This document shows, in pieces, positions 27,762-36,921 of a DNA stretch of 57,433 nucleotides. The position numbers and the translations under genes were made by a program. The notes beneath the pieces were generated by a model. The model made no database searches. It saw nothing but the letters and a program-made list of their open reading frames with translations, and was not told the DNA's origin. The stretch comes from Clostridia bacterium (lineage in GTDB: Bacteria; Bacillota; Clostridia; Christensenellales; QALW01): contig JAZSPY010000089.1 in assembly GCA_045537705.1 (NCBI GenBank), positions 1 to 57,433 of the forward strand, given 5' to 3'. How positions within the stretch are numbered: the first letter of the stretch is position 1; every line of letters starts with the position of its first letter.

Positions 27762-29441
27762 TTATTCGTTTAACTTATCAAAGATCATTTGATTTATTTT
27801 ACGGCGGATTTTAAGCATCGTTTGGGCATCACAAACGCATTTATTAAACTTAATTTCACCTGTAATTTCTTCTATTGCCTTAACTGTTTCTTCAAATGAA
27901 TACAGTTTTGCGCAATATTTCATAGCACGAACGTCTTCAAAGGCTTCGTAAAGGGCGCGGAATCGGTTGGATTCATAGGCTGTTCCATCAGGGGCAGGAT
28001 ATACCATACAGTTATCGCCGCCGGGCACAAAGCCTTCCGAATCCGTTGCAAGATACGGATTTATTCTATCATAACACCACTGGTTATTATAGAAGTTATA
28101 ACCCCAATGTAAAAATCCCTTTATATCGTATTTAAAAAGCTGAACGCCTAAATACCTTGTACGTGCCAAAGCCATTGAAAAATAACAGTTGCTTATGCCT
28201 TTAGCGTGCATACCACAATAATAGGCAAAAAGATTTTTTACGTTGTTTTTAATAAAAGGTTCTATGCTTAACGTTGCAGGCACGGGATTTGAAATTATAC
28301 CCTGTTCATAGAATTCATAATCTGAAATGGCATCCATTATAGGATAACCCTTTAAAATATCTTTTAACTTGCTATAGATTTCCTTATATCTTTCAAAATG
28401 CTCCTTTTCAGGCTCATCTGAAATATGGAAATAGCACTTTTTATCTTCGTTTCGTTCCAACATATACTTGATAAAGTTCTTTAAAAGCGCCCGAACAAAA
28501 GTGATGTATTCTTCACTTAACGAATCGGTGTTCCAATCAAAAATAACTTGTTCCTTGTTATCCACAATAGCCACAACCTTAGGTGCATGCATTGCGCCCC
28601 ATTGTGTGAACAGGTGGGAAATTTCGTAATACTTAACACCGCATCTGTTTGCCATATCAAGCCAAGTGCCAAGTTTATCAAAATTGAACTTATAATCGTT
28701 GCCTATTTTATAGATATCAACAAGCTGAGTGGTTGTTCTTTCACCATAGTGGTGTGTATCAAGGGGATAAGTTAAAAGCGGTGTTAAAAGCATATTTCTT
28801 CCGCCTTCAACAGCCTTTTTAATAAAGTTTTCGCAGATTTCAAAATGTTCCTTTGAAAAAACGGGAACGTTATAGTAATCAGCAAGGCAATCAGCATAAA
28901 ACCACTGTGTAATTTTTAAATCGTTTTCGGGCAAACTTGCGTTTTTAATGGTTAATTTTAAGGTTTGTTCCCCTAAAACTTCATCAGTTGCTTTTAAGCC
29001 TTCTTCGTAAGTTACCCGATAAATTTTAACTTTTATCTGGAATTCACCTGTAATTTCGCCTTTGGGATCAACGGTAATATAAATACCCCTTGCTTGATTG
29101 GGAACAATATTCATATTGCCATCATACTTCATTGGGCGTAAAAGTTCGGGAAACAGCCCCGGCTCAGTTCTTTCAAGCTGATCATCGTGATTGTGGGGCG
29201 CAGGCATTTCACACGGAAGCGGAACAACTTCCCTTATCGTTATATAATCATTGATTTCGCTTTCAATTTTAGGTGTAAAGCGGTACATTCTGTACATGCC
29301 CTTTAAATCTTCCGCTTCAACCAGCATCTGAAAGGAATAAATCTGATTTTTAAATATGGTTTCTTCTTTAAGTTCAGTAAAATTTTCAATTTTACTATCT
29401 AAAAAGCAACGTTCAAGAGATGAAACTATTCTTGTGTTCAT
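27762..29441 (-). CDS. DUF4091-domain protein (GH123-related putative glycosidase)
   Basis: QWFYADCLADYY, HLFTQWGA, HISDEP, GFLHWGYNFY, GDNCMVYP. Confidence 0.8.
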   Translation of the reverse strand: MNTRIVSSLERCFLDSKIENFTELKEETIFKNQIYSFQMLVEAEDLKGMYRMYRFTPKIESEINDYITIREVVPLPCEMPAPHNHDDQLERTEPGLFPELLRPMKYDGNMNIVPNQARGIYITVDPKGEITGEFQIKVKIYRVTYEEGLKATDEVLGEQTLKLTIKNASLPENDLKITQWFYADCLADYYNVPVFSKEHFEICENFIKKAVEGGRNMLLTPLLTYPLDTHHYGERTTTQLVDIYKIGNDYKFNFDKLGTWLDMANRCGVKYYEISHLFTQWGAMHAPKVVAIVDNKEQVIFDWNTDSLSEEYITFVRALLKNFIKYMLERNEDKKCYFHISDEPEKEHFERYKEIYSKLKDILKGYPIMDAISDYEFYEQGIISNPVPATLSIEPFIKNNVKNLFAYYCGMHAKGISNCYFSMALARTRYLGVQLFKYDIKGFLHWGYNFYNNQWCYDRINPYLATDSEGFVPGGDNCMVYPAPDGTAYESNRFRALYEAFEDVRAMKYCAKLYSFEETVKAIEEITGEIKFNKCVCDAQTMLKIRRKINQMIFDKLNE

Positions 29442-29454
29442 TTTTATTCCCTCC

Positions 29455-31125
29455 TTAATTTAATTTATCAAAAATCATTTTATTGATGGTTTTGCGAATC
29501 TTTAACATTGTTTCGGAATCGCAAATGCATTTATCAAAAAGAATCTCGCCTGTAATTTCTTCAATAGCTTTTATTGTTTCTTCAAAAGAATAAAGGCTTG
29601 CGCATAACTTCATTGCCCTTAAATCTTCAAAGGCTTCGTAAAGTGCAAAGAAGCGGGTGGATTCATAAGCCGTTCCATCAGGGGCAGGATAAACCATATA
29701 AGTATCGCCGCTGGCTGAGAAAAGTTCACCTGTTGAAGAAAGGTACGGATCAACGTGATCATAGGACCAACGGTTATTATAGAAGTTATATCCCCAGTTC
29801 ATAAAGCCTTTTATATTGTACTTAAAAAGTTGAACGCCTAAATACCTTGTGCGTGATAACGACATTGAAAAATGGCAGTTTGAAATGTTGATACAATGTC
29901 CGCCACAATAATAGCACAATAAATCCGGCACGTTATTTTCTAAAAACGGTTTAATCTCCATTATTGATGGAATCGGCCTTGTAACGATGCCCTGCTCATA
30001 AAAATCGTAAGTTGAAAGGGCATCAACCTGCTCATAGCCTTCAATAATATCGGCGATCATTTCTTTTAATGCTTTATACTGTTCAAGATGTTCCTTTTCA
30101 GGCTCGTCTGAAATATGGAAGAAGCACTTTTTATCTTCACCACGCTGTTTCATATGTTCAATAAACGCCTTTAAGAACTGCCTTAAAAAGTTCTTGTAAT
30201 CAGGGCTTAATGCAGGGGTATCCCAACCGAAAATGCGCTTATATTCGCCGTTTTCATAAGCCATTACCTTTGCAGTTGCTGTTGCGCCCCACTGTGAAAA
30301 AAGCGGGCAAACCTCATAATATTTAAAGCCGATTTCTTGGCACATATCAAGCCAACGATCTAAATTATCATATTTAAAGGTGTAGTTATCCCCTGTTTTA
30401 TAAACGTCAATTAACTGAACTGTTGTGCGGTAATGATGATGCCTTATATCAAGGGGAAGCGTTAAAAGTGGCAAAATTATCATATTTCTTCCGCCATCAT
30501 ATGCAGTTTGTAAAAAGTTTTTACAGATTTCAAAATGCTTATCGGAAAAAACGGGAACATTATAATAATCCGCAAGGCAATCAGCGTGGAACCACTGTGA
30601 AACCATAATATCGCTTTCAGGTAAAGAAACGTCTTTAATATCAATCTCTATTTCTTCGCTGGCTAAAATTTCGCCACTGCCCTTTAAGCCTTTTTCGTAA
30701 ACTACCTTTTCAAGCAAAAGGGTGATTTTATGTTTGCCTGTAATTTCGCCATTTGGCTCTAAAGAAATCCAGAACGCTTTTAAGCAACCGTGTGGGCAAC
30801 GTGCACTACCAACATATTTAAGGGGCCTGATTAAATCGGGATAAAGCCCCGGCTCCCTTCTTAAAAGGTTTTCATCAGAATGTGAATAAACAGCCATATC
30901 TGATGGAATATTTACAACTTCCCTGATTGTGATATATTCGTTAATATCGCTTTCTACCCTTGGTTTAACAAATAGGTTTGCGTTTTTTGGTGCTTCATAG
31001 ATAAACTGAAAATAATACTTCTGGTTTTTAAAGATTTGTTCGCTTGTTAAGGCGTTGAAATCTTCAACAGAATTATCTAAAAAGCACTTTTCAAGGGATG
31101 AAACGATTTTTGCTTTGATACTCAT
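29455..31125 (-). CDS. DUF4091-domain protein (GH123-related putative glycosidase), paralog
   Basis: QWFHADCLADYY, PLFSQWGA, HISDEP, GFMNWGYNFY, GDTYMVYP. Confidence 0.8.
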   Translation of the reverse strand: MSIKAKIVSSLEKCFLDNSVEDFNALTSEQIFKNQKYYFQFIYEAPKNANLFVKPRVESDINEYITIREVVNIPSDMAVYSHSDENLLRREPGLYPDLIRPLKYVGSARCPHGCLKAFWISLEPNGEITGKHKITLLLEKVVYEKGLKGSGEILASEEIEIDIKDVSLPESDIMVSQWFHADCLADYYNVPVFSDKHFEICKNFLQTAYDGGRNMIILPLLTLPLDIRHHHYRTTVQLIDVYKTGDNYTFKYDNLDRWLDMCQEIGFKYYEVCPLFSQWGATATAKVMAYENGEYKRIFGWDTPALSPDYKNFLRQFLKAFIEHMKQRGEDKKCFFHISDEPEKEHLEQYKALKEMIADIIEGYEQVDALSTYDFYEQGIVTRPIPSIMEIKPFLENNVPDLLCYYCGGHCINISNCHFSMSLSRTRYLGVQLFKYNIKGFMNWGYNFYNNRWSYDHVDPYLSSTGELFSASGDTYMVYPAPDGTAYESTRFFALYEAFEDLRAMKLCASLYSFEETIKAIEEITGEILFDKCICDSETMLKIRKTINKMIFDKLN

Positions 31126-31160
31126 TTTGTGCGACTCCTTATCTAAAATTTGCTAAAAAT

Positions 31161-31189
31161 ATTATAATTGTAAAAAGAGCAACTGTCAA
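31161..31189 (-). promoter_or_regulatory. Consensus sigma-A promoter of the DUF4091 operon
   Basis: TTGACA (31189-31184), 17 bp, TATAAT (31166-31161). Confidence 0.8.
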
Positions 31190-31242
31190 TATATAAACAA
31201 GCAGTATATACAACTATTTTTCCCGCTTTACTGCTGATTTTA

Positions 31243-31271
31243 TTGACTTTTACATAATTTTAATGTATTAT
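31243..31271 (+). promoter_or_regulatory. sigma-A promoter of the transporter
   Basis: TTGACT, 17 bp, TATTAT. Confidence 0.65.
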
Positions 31272-31310
31272 ATATCCATCAAAAATTATTGTTTTTCACC
31301 GGGAGTTTTT

Positions 31311-32699
31311 ATGCGCGAAAAATTAGGTTCTCGCCTTGGCTTTATTCTTTTAAGCGCAGGCTGCGCCATTGGCATCGGCAACGTATGGAAATTTCCATAT
31401 ATGGTAGGCCAATATGGTGGCGGAATTTTTGTTTTATGCTATATTTTCTTTTTGATTATTATGGGTGTGCCCGTTTTGACAATGGAATTTTCTTTAGGTC
31501 GCGCGGCGCAGAAAAGCCCTGTAAAAATGTATCAGGAATTACAGCCTAAAAATTCAAAATGGCATCTTCACGGATATACCGCGATGATCGGCAACTATCT
31601 TTTAATGATGTTTTATACTTGTGTTGCCGGTTGGATGCTTTCGTATTTCTTCTTCACTCTAAAAGGCGATTTATCGGGGCTTGATGCTAAAGGCGTTGAA
31701 AACTTCTTTAATAACGAAGTGCTTTTAAACCCTGTTTTAATGGTAATCTTCACCTTTATCGTAATAATTATGGGCTTTATGGTTTGCTCTTTTTCACTTC
31801 AGAAAGGCTTGGAGAGAATAACAAAAGTTATGATGCTTGCCCTTTTGGGCATAATGGTTGTTTTAGCCTGCAACAGCATCTTCTTAGACGGTGGTTTAGA
31901 AGGTTTAAAATTCTACCTTTTACCTAATATTGAAAGCATAAGAACCGTTGGTGACGGTAGCCTTTTAAAAGGTTTTTTTGACGTTATTGTTGGCGCAATG
32001 AACCAGGCGTTCTTTACCTTAAGCGTTGGCGTTGGCTCAATGGCGATTTTCGGAAGTTACTTAAACAAAGACCGTTCTCTTTTAGGCGAAGCGGTAAACG
32101 TTTCAGTTTTAGATACCTTTGTTGCAATAACGTCGGGGCTGATAATCTTCCCTGCCTGTTTTGCCTATGGGGTTAACGTTGAAAGCGGCCCCCCGCTTAT
32201 ATTTATCACTTTACCTAACATTTTTAATAAACTCTATTTAGGCAGGCTTTGGGGCAGTTTGTTCTTTATATTTATGTCCTTTGCGGCACTTTCAACCGTG
32301 TTTGCAGTATTTGAAAACATTATTGCTTGCACTATGGATCAGTTTAAATTAACACGTAAAAAAGCATGCTTGATTAACTGCGGTTTAATGCTTGTTTTAT
32401 GTTTGCCTTGTGTTTTAGGCTTTAACGTGCTTTCAGGGTTTACTCCTTTTAAAGCAGGTTCCAATATTCTTGATTTAGAGGACTTTTTAGTTAGCAATAT
32501 TCTTTTGCCTGTAGGCTCTTTAATATTTGTTATCTTCTGTACCTGCCGCTACGGTTGGGGCTTTGAAAAGTTTAAAAATGAAGCCAACCAAGGCAAAGGT
32601 TTAAAGGTAAAAAATTGGATGAAGCCTTATTTCACCTACGTTTTGCCTATTATGATATTTATAATTTTTGCAGTTGGATTATATAACTTTTTTAAATAA
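31311..32699 (+). CDS. Sodium-dependent transporter, NSS/SNF (LeuT-like) family
   Basis: SRLGFILLSAGCAIGIGNVWKFPY, QAFFTLSVG, GPPLIFITLP. Confidence 0.93.
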   Translation: MREKLGSRLGFILLSAGCAIGIGNVWKFPYMVGQYGGGIFVLCYIFFLIIMGVPVLTMEFSLGRAAQKSPVKMYQELQPKNSKWHLHGYTAMIGNYLLMMFYTCVAGWMLSYFFFTLKGDLSGLDAKGVENFFNNEVLLNPVLMVIFTFIVIIMGFMVCSFSLQKGLERITKVMMLALLGIMVVLACNSIFLDGGLEGLKFYLLPNIESIRTVGDGSLLKGFFDVIVGAMNQAFFTLSVGVGSMAIFGSYLNKDRSLLGEAVNVSVLDTFVAITSGLIIFPACFAYGVNVESGPPLIFITLPNIFNKLYLGRLWGSLFFIFMSFAALSTVFAVFENIIACTMDQFKLTRKKACLINCGLMLVLCLPCVLGFNVLSGFTPFKAGSNILDLEDFLVSNILLPVGSLIFVIFCTCRYGWGFEKFKNEANQGKGLKVKNWMKPYFTYVLPIMIFIIFAVGLYNFFK

Positions 32700-32704
32700 A
32701 AATT

Positions 32705-32737
32705 AAACGCGATTGAATTTCAATCGCGTTTTGTTTT
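32705..32737. terminator. Bidirectional intrinsic terminator
   Basis: AAACGCGATTGA-ATT-TCAATCGCGTTT. Confidence 0.75.
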
Positions 32738-33887
32738 ATTCATTTATTATATCAAAAACCATTGATTTTATATCGTTATGAATCTGTTTTGCAGGCTTGC
32801 ACATTAAAACATGTTGCATATAAATAATGGAAACCTTGCTTTCTTTATCCATAACCGCTAATGATCCTGCGGCGCCATCCCAACCAAATTCTTTTATCGG
32901 GGTTGAAAGTTTTGAAATATCGGGGTTCATATGAGTCCAAACACCTAAACCGTAGGAATATCCGGGCTTATGCATATGGGAAAAATAATCCTGTGCTCTT
33001 GGGCAAAGAGCAGGTGTTATCATTTTTTCTAAGGTTTCATCCTTTAATAAAACGTACCCATTTTCGCTTTTACCTGTTGCAAGGCAGGAAGCAAAAGTAG
33101 AATAATCTTTTAATGATGAAACTAACCCTGCGCCCCCTGATTCGTGATTTTTTGAAAGTTCAAAAATGCAAACGGGGGGAACGTTTTGTTTAAGTTCGTT
33201 AGTTTCAACAAAATAGTTGTACTGATTATGCATTCGTTTTAACTGGGTTTCATCAGGCAAAAAGAACGTATCTTTCATATTAAGGGGCTCAAAAATTTCT
33301 TCCTTTAAAAACTCATAAAATGTTTTGCCACTAATAACTTCACAAACTGCGGCTAAAATATCGTGGCTTAAACCGTATCGGAAGTTTTCCCCCGGCTGAA
33401 TCCAAAGCGGAATTTTTGAGATAACTTTTGCAACTTCCCTTGTGGAAGCCATAGGATTTTCTTTACGTAATTTTACAATCTGCGGATGCCCTAAATCGTA
33501 ACTGTAACCTGAAGCCATTGTAAACAGATGTTTAATTAACATCTTATTTTTTGCTTTTGGCAAAACCGTTGCATCAACGGTATCGTGGCAAACGCCCCAA
33601 TCGCCGCCAACGTATAACTCGTTAAATTCAGGCAGATATTTTGAAACGGGAGCATCTAAATCAAGCTGTCCCCTTTCGTAAAGGCGCATCGCACCTGTGC
33701 AGGTTATTACTTTTGAAAGGGAGAACAAATAATAAAGCTCTTTTTCCTTTTCTTCAAAATATAAATCTTCCCTTGCGGTGAAGTATTCAAAAAGCGTTTC
33801 GTTGCCCTTTTTTACGATAATTCTTGAAGAAGGAATTATATTTTTATCAATATTATCCATATAATCTTTTAGCCTTGTAAAATCCAT
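32736..33887 (-). CDS. Serine hydrolase, beta-lactamase/family VIII esterase-like
   Basis: FSLSK (SxxK), HLFTMASG, PGENFRYG, SGGAGLVS, FGWDGAAG; no signal peptide. Confidence 0.88.
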   Translation of the reverse strand: MDFTRLKDYMDNIDKNIIPSSRIIVKKGNETLFEYFTAREDLYFEEKEKELYYLFSLSKVITCTGAMRLYERGQLDLDAPVSKYLPEFNELYVGGDWGVCHDTVDATVLPKAKNKMLIKHLFTMASGYSYDLGHPQIVKLRKENPMASTREVAKVISKIPLWIQPGENFRYGLSHDILAAVCEVISGKTFYEFLKEEIFEPLNMKDTFFLPDETQLKRMHNQYNYFVETNELKQNVPPVCIFELSKNHESGGAGLVSSLKDYSTFASCLATGKSENGYVLLKDETLEKMITPALCPRAQDYFSHMHKPGYSYGLGVWTHMNPDISKLSTPIKEFGWDGAAGSLAVMDKESKVSIIYMQHVLMCKPAKQIHNDIKSMVFDIINE

Positions 33888-33911
33888 AAAAACACCTCGC
33901 AAACCAAAAAG

Positions 33912-33940
33912 ATTATACCAAACTTTTTTTGCACTGTCTA
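33912..33940 (-). promoter_or_regulatory. sigma-A promoter of the serine hydrolase
   Basis: TAGACA (overlapping the sigF TAG), 17 bp, TG-extended TATAAT. Confidence 0.65.
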
Positions 33941-34657
33941 CCCTAATTTTCGTTTTAATTTATCAAGAACTTTAGATTCTATCCTGGATATCTGCACCTG
34001 GGAAACCCCCATAATATCTGCAGTTTTCGTTTGGGTAAGGTTTTTAAAATAACGCAGTAGAATTATCTTTTTTTCCCTTTCTTCCAGCTGATCCAAACAT
34101 TGATATAAGGCAAGTTTATCAGTTAAATTTGCCTTATTCTTTTTATCAACAATAACTTCTTTTAAGGTTAAGCCCGCTTCATCCAAAATAGGTTCATCTA
34201 AGCTTTTTAAAGTTTGCATACTTTCCAAACACAAAAGCACGTCTTCAATAGACGCGTTTATTTCTTTTGCAATATCGTTGGCGCCGGGCTCACGGTTTAA
34301 TTTAACCGAAAGTTTTTGCCTTGCATAGCGTATTTTTTGTTGCATTTCTTTTAAAGACCTGGGCATTTTTACGCTGTTATTATCACGAATATACCTTTTA
34401 ACTTCGCCGTTTATTAAAGGCACCGCATAAGTTGAAAACCTTACGTTAAAATCGGGGCAGAAACCGTAAACCGCTTTAATTAAACCTAAGTTCCCTACCT
34501 GGAAAAGATCATCGTAATCGCATCCCCTGTTTAAGTAATGTTTGATTATTGATTTAACTAAGGGCGCGTTTTCTTTAATTAAAAATTCAAGGGCTTCTTT
34601 ATCTTTTTCTTGCGCTTTTTTTATTTTTATTATGGTGTTTTCCGTTTCCCACTTCAC
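33938..34657 (-). CDS. sigF: Sporulation sigma factor F
   Basis: DDLFQVGNLGLIKA, FSTYAVPLINGEVKRYIRD, SQVQISRIE; follows spoIIAA/AB. Confidence 0.88.
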   Translation of the reverse strand: MKWETENTIIKIKKAQEKDKEALEFLIKENAPLVKSIIKHYLNRGCDYDDLFQVGNLGLIKAVYGFCPDFNVRFSTYAVPLINGEVKRYIRDNNSVKMPRSLKEMQQKIRYARQKLSVKLNREPGANDIAKEINASIEDVLLCLESMQTLKSLDEPILDEAGLTLKEVIVDKKNKANLTDKLALYQCLDQLEEREKKIILLRYFKNLTQTKTADIMGVSQVQISRIESKVLDKLKRKLG

Positions 34658-35079
34658 TTTTTACCACCAAGCTTTTTAGTTAAAACTACCCTGGTACCTT
34701 CTTCAAAAGCAGAAACTACCTTCATTTCATCCATAAAACTTTCCATTACGGTAAAGCCCATACCTGAACGTGAGCCATCTAAGCAAGTGGTAAAAAAGGG
34801 TTCTTTTGCCTGTTCAATATCCTTAATGCCTACCCCATCATCCATAATTTCAATGTGCAGAACGTTTTTATCGTAGTTCATTCGCATTTCTATTTGCCCT
34901 ATTGTATCAGGGTACCCGTGAACAATAGCGTTGGTTACGCCTTCTGAAACCGCTGTTTTGATATCCGCAATCTCATCTAACGTAGGATTAAGCGGCGCAA
35001 TAAACGAAGAAACGCACATTCTTGCAAAGCTTTCATTTTGTGAAAGTGATAAAAATTTTATACTTGCGCTGTTTTTCAT
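34654..35079 (-). CDS. spoIIAB: Anti-sigma F factor
   Basis: NESFAR, DIKTAVSEGVTNAIVHGY, RSGMGFTVMESFMD. Confidence 0.95.
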   Translation of the reverse strand: MKNSASIKFLSLSQNESFARMCVSSFIAPLNPTLDEIADIKTAVSEGVTNAIVHGYPDTIGQIEMRMNYDKNVLHIEIMDDGVGIKDIEQAKEPFFTTCLDGSRSGMGFTVMESFMDEMKVVSAFEEGTRVVLTKKLGGKK

Positions 35080-35360
35080 ATAGCATCTCCTTTATATTCA
35101 GGCATTAAAGAATAAACTCCTGCAATCTTTAACACCCTGTTAATTGAATCCTTTGCACCAAAAAGATACAAATCTTTTGTGGCAAACAGTTTGTATCTGC
35201 CTAAAAGAACCCCTATTCCGCTTGAATCCATAAAAGTTAATTCCGATAAATCAAAAATTATGGTTTGTGCTTTAGAAGAAATTATTTCTTTATCAAGTTT
35301 TTTGCGAATTTTTTCTGCATTATGGTGATCAAGCTCGCCTGTTATTTTTAGTTTAAGCAT
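35076..35360 (-). CDS. spoIIAA: Anti-anti-sigma F factor (STAS domain)
   Basis: GELDHH and FMDSSGIGVLLGRYK; ATG at 35360 is 9 nt from AAGGAG. Confidence 0.9.
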   Translation of the reverse strand: MLKLKITGELDHHNAEKIRKKLDKEIISSKAQTIIFDLSELTFMDSSGIGVLLGRYKLFATKDLYLFGAKDSINRVLKIAGVYSLMPEYKGDAI

Positions 35361-35523
35361 TTTTTTCAACTCCTTAAAAATATCATACCAAACTTTTAAA
35401 AAAGTTGCCTTAACTAATAAAGGGGGATTATTTCTATTTTTGCCGAATAAAAAATCTTTGCTTATTTCGGCTTTTTATTATATAATATATTATATTATAT
35501 TAAATAGTGGGAGGCTTTACCCT

Positions 35524-36921
35524 TTGCAAGCAAGAACTGTACTTTCCTTTAAGGAGATGGAAGAAAAAGAATATCTTTTAAAGGTAAAAGAGTTTTTTAA
35601 TAATAAAAAACACACTTATTTTGTAGAAACCTACGGCTGCCAGATGAACGTTAGGGATTCACAAACACTTATGGGTATGTTTGAAGAAATGGGCTACGAA
35701 AAGTGTGATAGCCGCAACGAAGCCGATGCTGTTATCTTTAACACCTGCTGCGTGCGTGAAGGCGCTGAGGACAGACTTTTAGGAAATTTAGGCAAATTAA
35801 AGGGCGAAAAGAAAAAGCGCCCTGATATGCTTATAATGATCTGCGGCTGTATGATGCAAGAAGTTGGCTCATTAGAAAAAATCAAAAAACGTTTCCCTTT
35901 TGTTGACGTTGTATTTGGCACCCATAACACCTTTGAAATGCCAAAGTTAATGTTTAACTCTTTAAACAAAAACAAGCAGTATTCCCTTTTTGAAAAGGAA
36001 ACGGATATTATTGAAGATATGCCTGTTTTAAGGGAAAAGGATGCTTTTGCGTTTATCAACATAATGTACGGTTGCAATAACTTTTGTTCTTACTGCATTG
36101 TTCCTTACGTTCGTGGCAGGGAACGTTCAAGAAGAAGTGAAGATATCATAAAAGAAGCCTCTTCTTTAGCAGAAAACGGCGTTAAAGAGATAACTCTTTT
36201 AGGGCAGAGCGTAAATTCTTACGGCAAAAACTGCGATATTTCGTTCCCTGAACTTTTAAGGGAATTAAATAAAATTGATGGCTTAGTTCGTATCCGTTTT
36301 ATGACAAGCCATCCTAAAGACCTTTCTGATGATTTAATTAAAGCTATGGCAGAATGTGATAAGGTTTGTAAATATATTCACTTGCCTGTGCAATCAGGGT
36401 CAGACAGGATTTTAGAAAAAATGAACCGCCACTACACAAGGGAAGATTACTTAACCATCGTTAAAAAGCTTAAGGCGGCTATGCCTGAAATTGCAATAAC
36501 CACCGATATTATCGTAGGTTTCCCCGGTGAAACTGATGAAGATTTTCAAGACACCTACGATTTATATAAAGAAGTTTGTTTTAACTCTGCCTTTACATTT
36601 ATTTATTCAAAGCGTATCGGTACCCCTGCTGCAAAAATGCTTGATCAGGTTGATCCTGAAAAAAATAAAGAACGTATGGCGCGCTTAATTCAATTAAGCG
36701 AAGAATGTTCCTTAAAATCAAACGAAATTTACTTAAACAAAACTTATCCTGTGCTTGTTGAAGGCAAGGCTAAAAAAGATGAAAATCTTTTTGCAGGCAA
36801 AACCGATCAGGGTAGAACGGTTGTTTTTGCAGCAAACAAAGATTTAACAGGCGAAATCGTAAATGTAAAAATAACAAAAATCAAACTTAACGTTTTAATA
36901 GGAGAATTGGAGGAAGAATAA
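35524..36921 (+). CDS. miaB: tRNA-i6A37 methylthiotransferase
   Basis: TYGCQMN, NTCCVRE, GCNNFCSYC radical SAM motif, TRAM domain. Start uncertain (TTG 35524 after GGAGG, or ATG 35557). Confidence 0.94.
   Translation: MQARTVLSFKEMEEKEYLLKVKEFFNNKKHTYFVETYGCQMNVRDSQTLMGMFEEMGYEKCDSRNEADAVIFNTCCVREGAEDRLLGNLGKLKGEKKKRPDMLIMICGCMMQEVGSLEKIKKRFPFVDVVFGTHNTFEMPKLMFNSLNKNKQYSLFEKETDIIEDMPVLREKDAFAFINIMYGCNNFCSYCIVPYVRGRERSRRSEDIIKEASSLAENGVKEITLLGQSVNSYGKNCDISFPELLRELNKIDGLVRIRFMTSHPKDLSDDLIKAMAECDKVCKYIHLPVQSGSDRILEKMNRHYTREDYLTIVKKLKAAMPEIAITTDIIVGFPGETDEDFQDTYDLYKEVCFNSAFTFIYSKRIGTPAAKMLDQVDPEKNKERMARLIQLSEECSLKSNEIYLNKTYPVLVEGKAKKDENLFAGKTDQGRTVVFAANKDLTGEIVNVKITKIKLNVLIGELEEE

Noticed and set aside
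32736-33887. Beta-lactam resistance gene
   Set aside because: No signal peptide, and the motifs fit cytoplasmic family VIII esterase-like hydrolases; resistance cannot be inferred.
33912-35397. 16-bp near-identical direct repeats (AT[T/C]ATACCAAACTTTT) flanking the spoIIA operon
   Set aside because: Both are extended -10 promoter elements. Similar sequences occur before the LTA synthase gene and dnaN, so they are not insertion scars.
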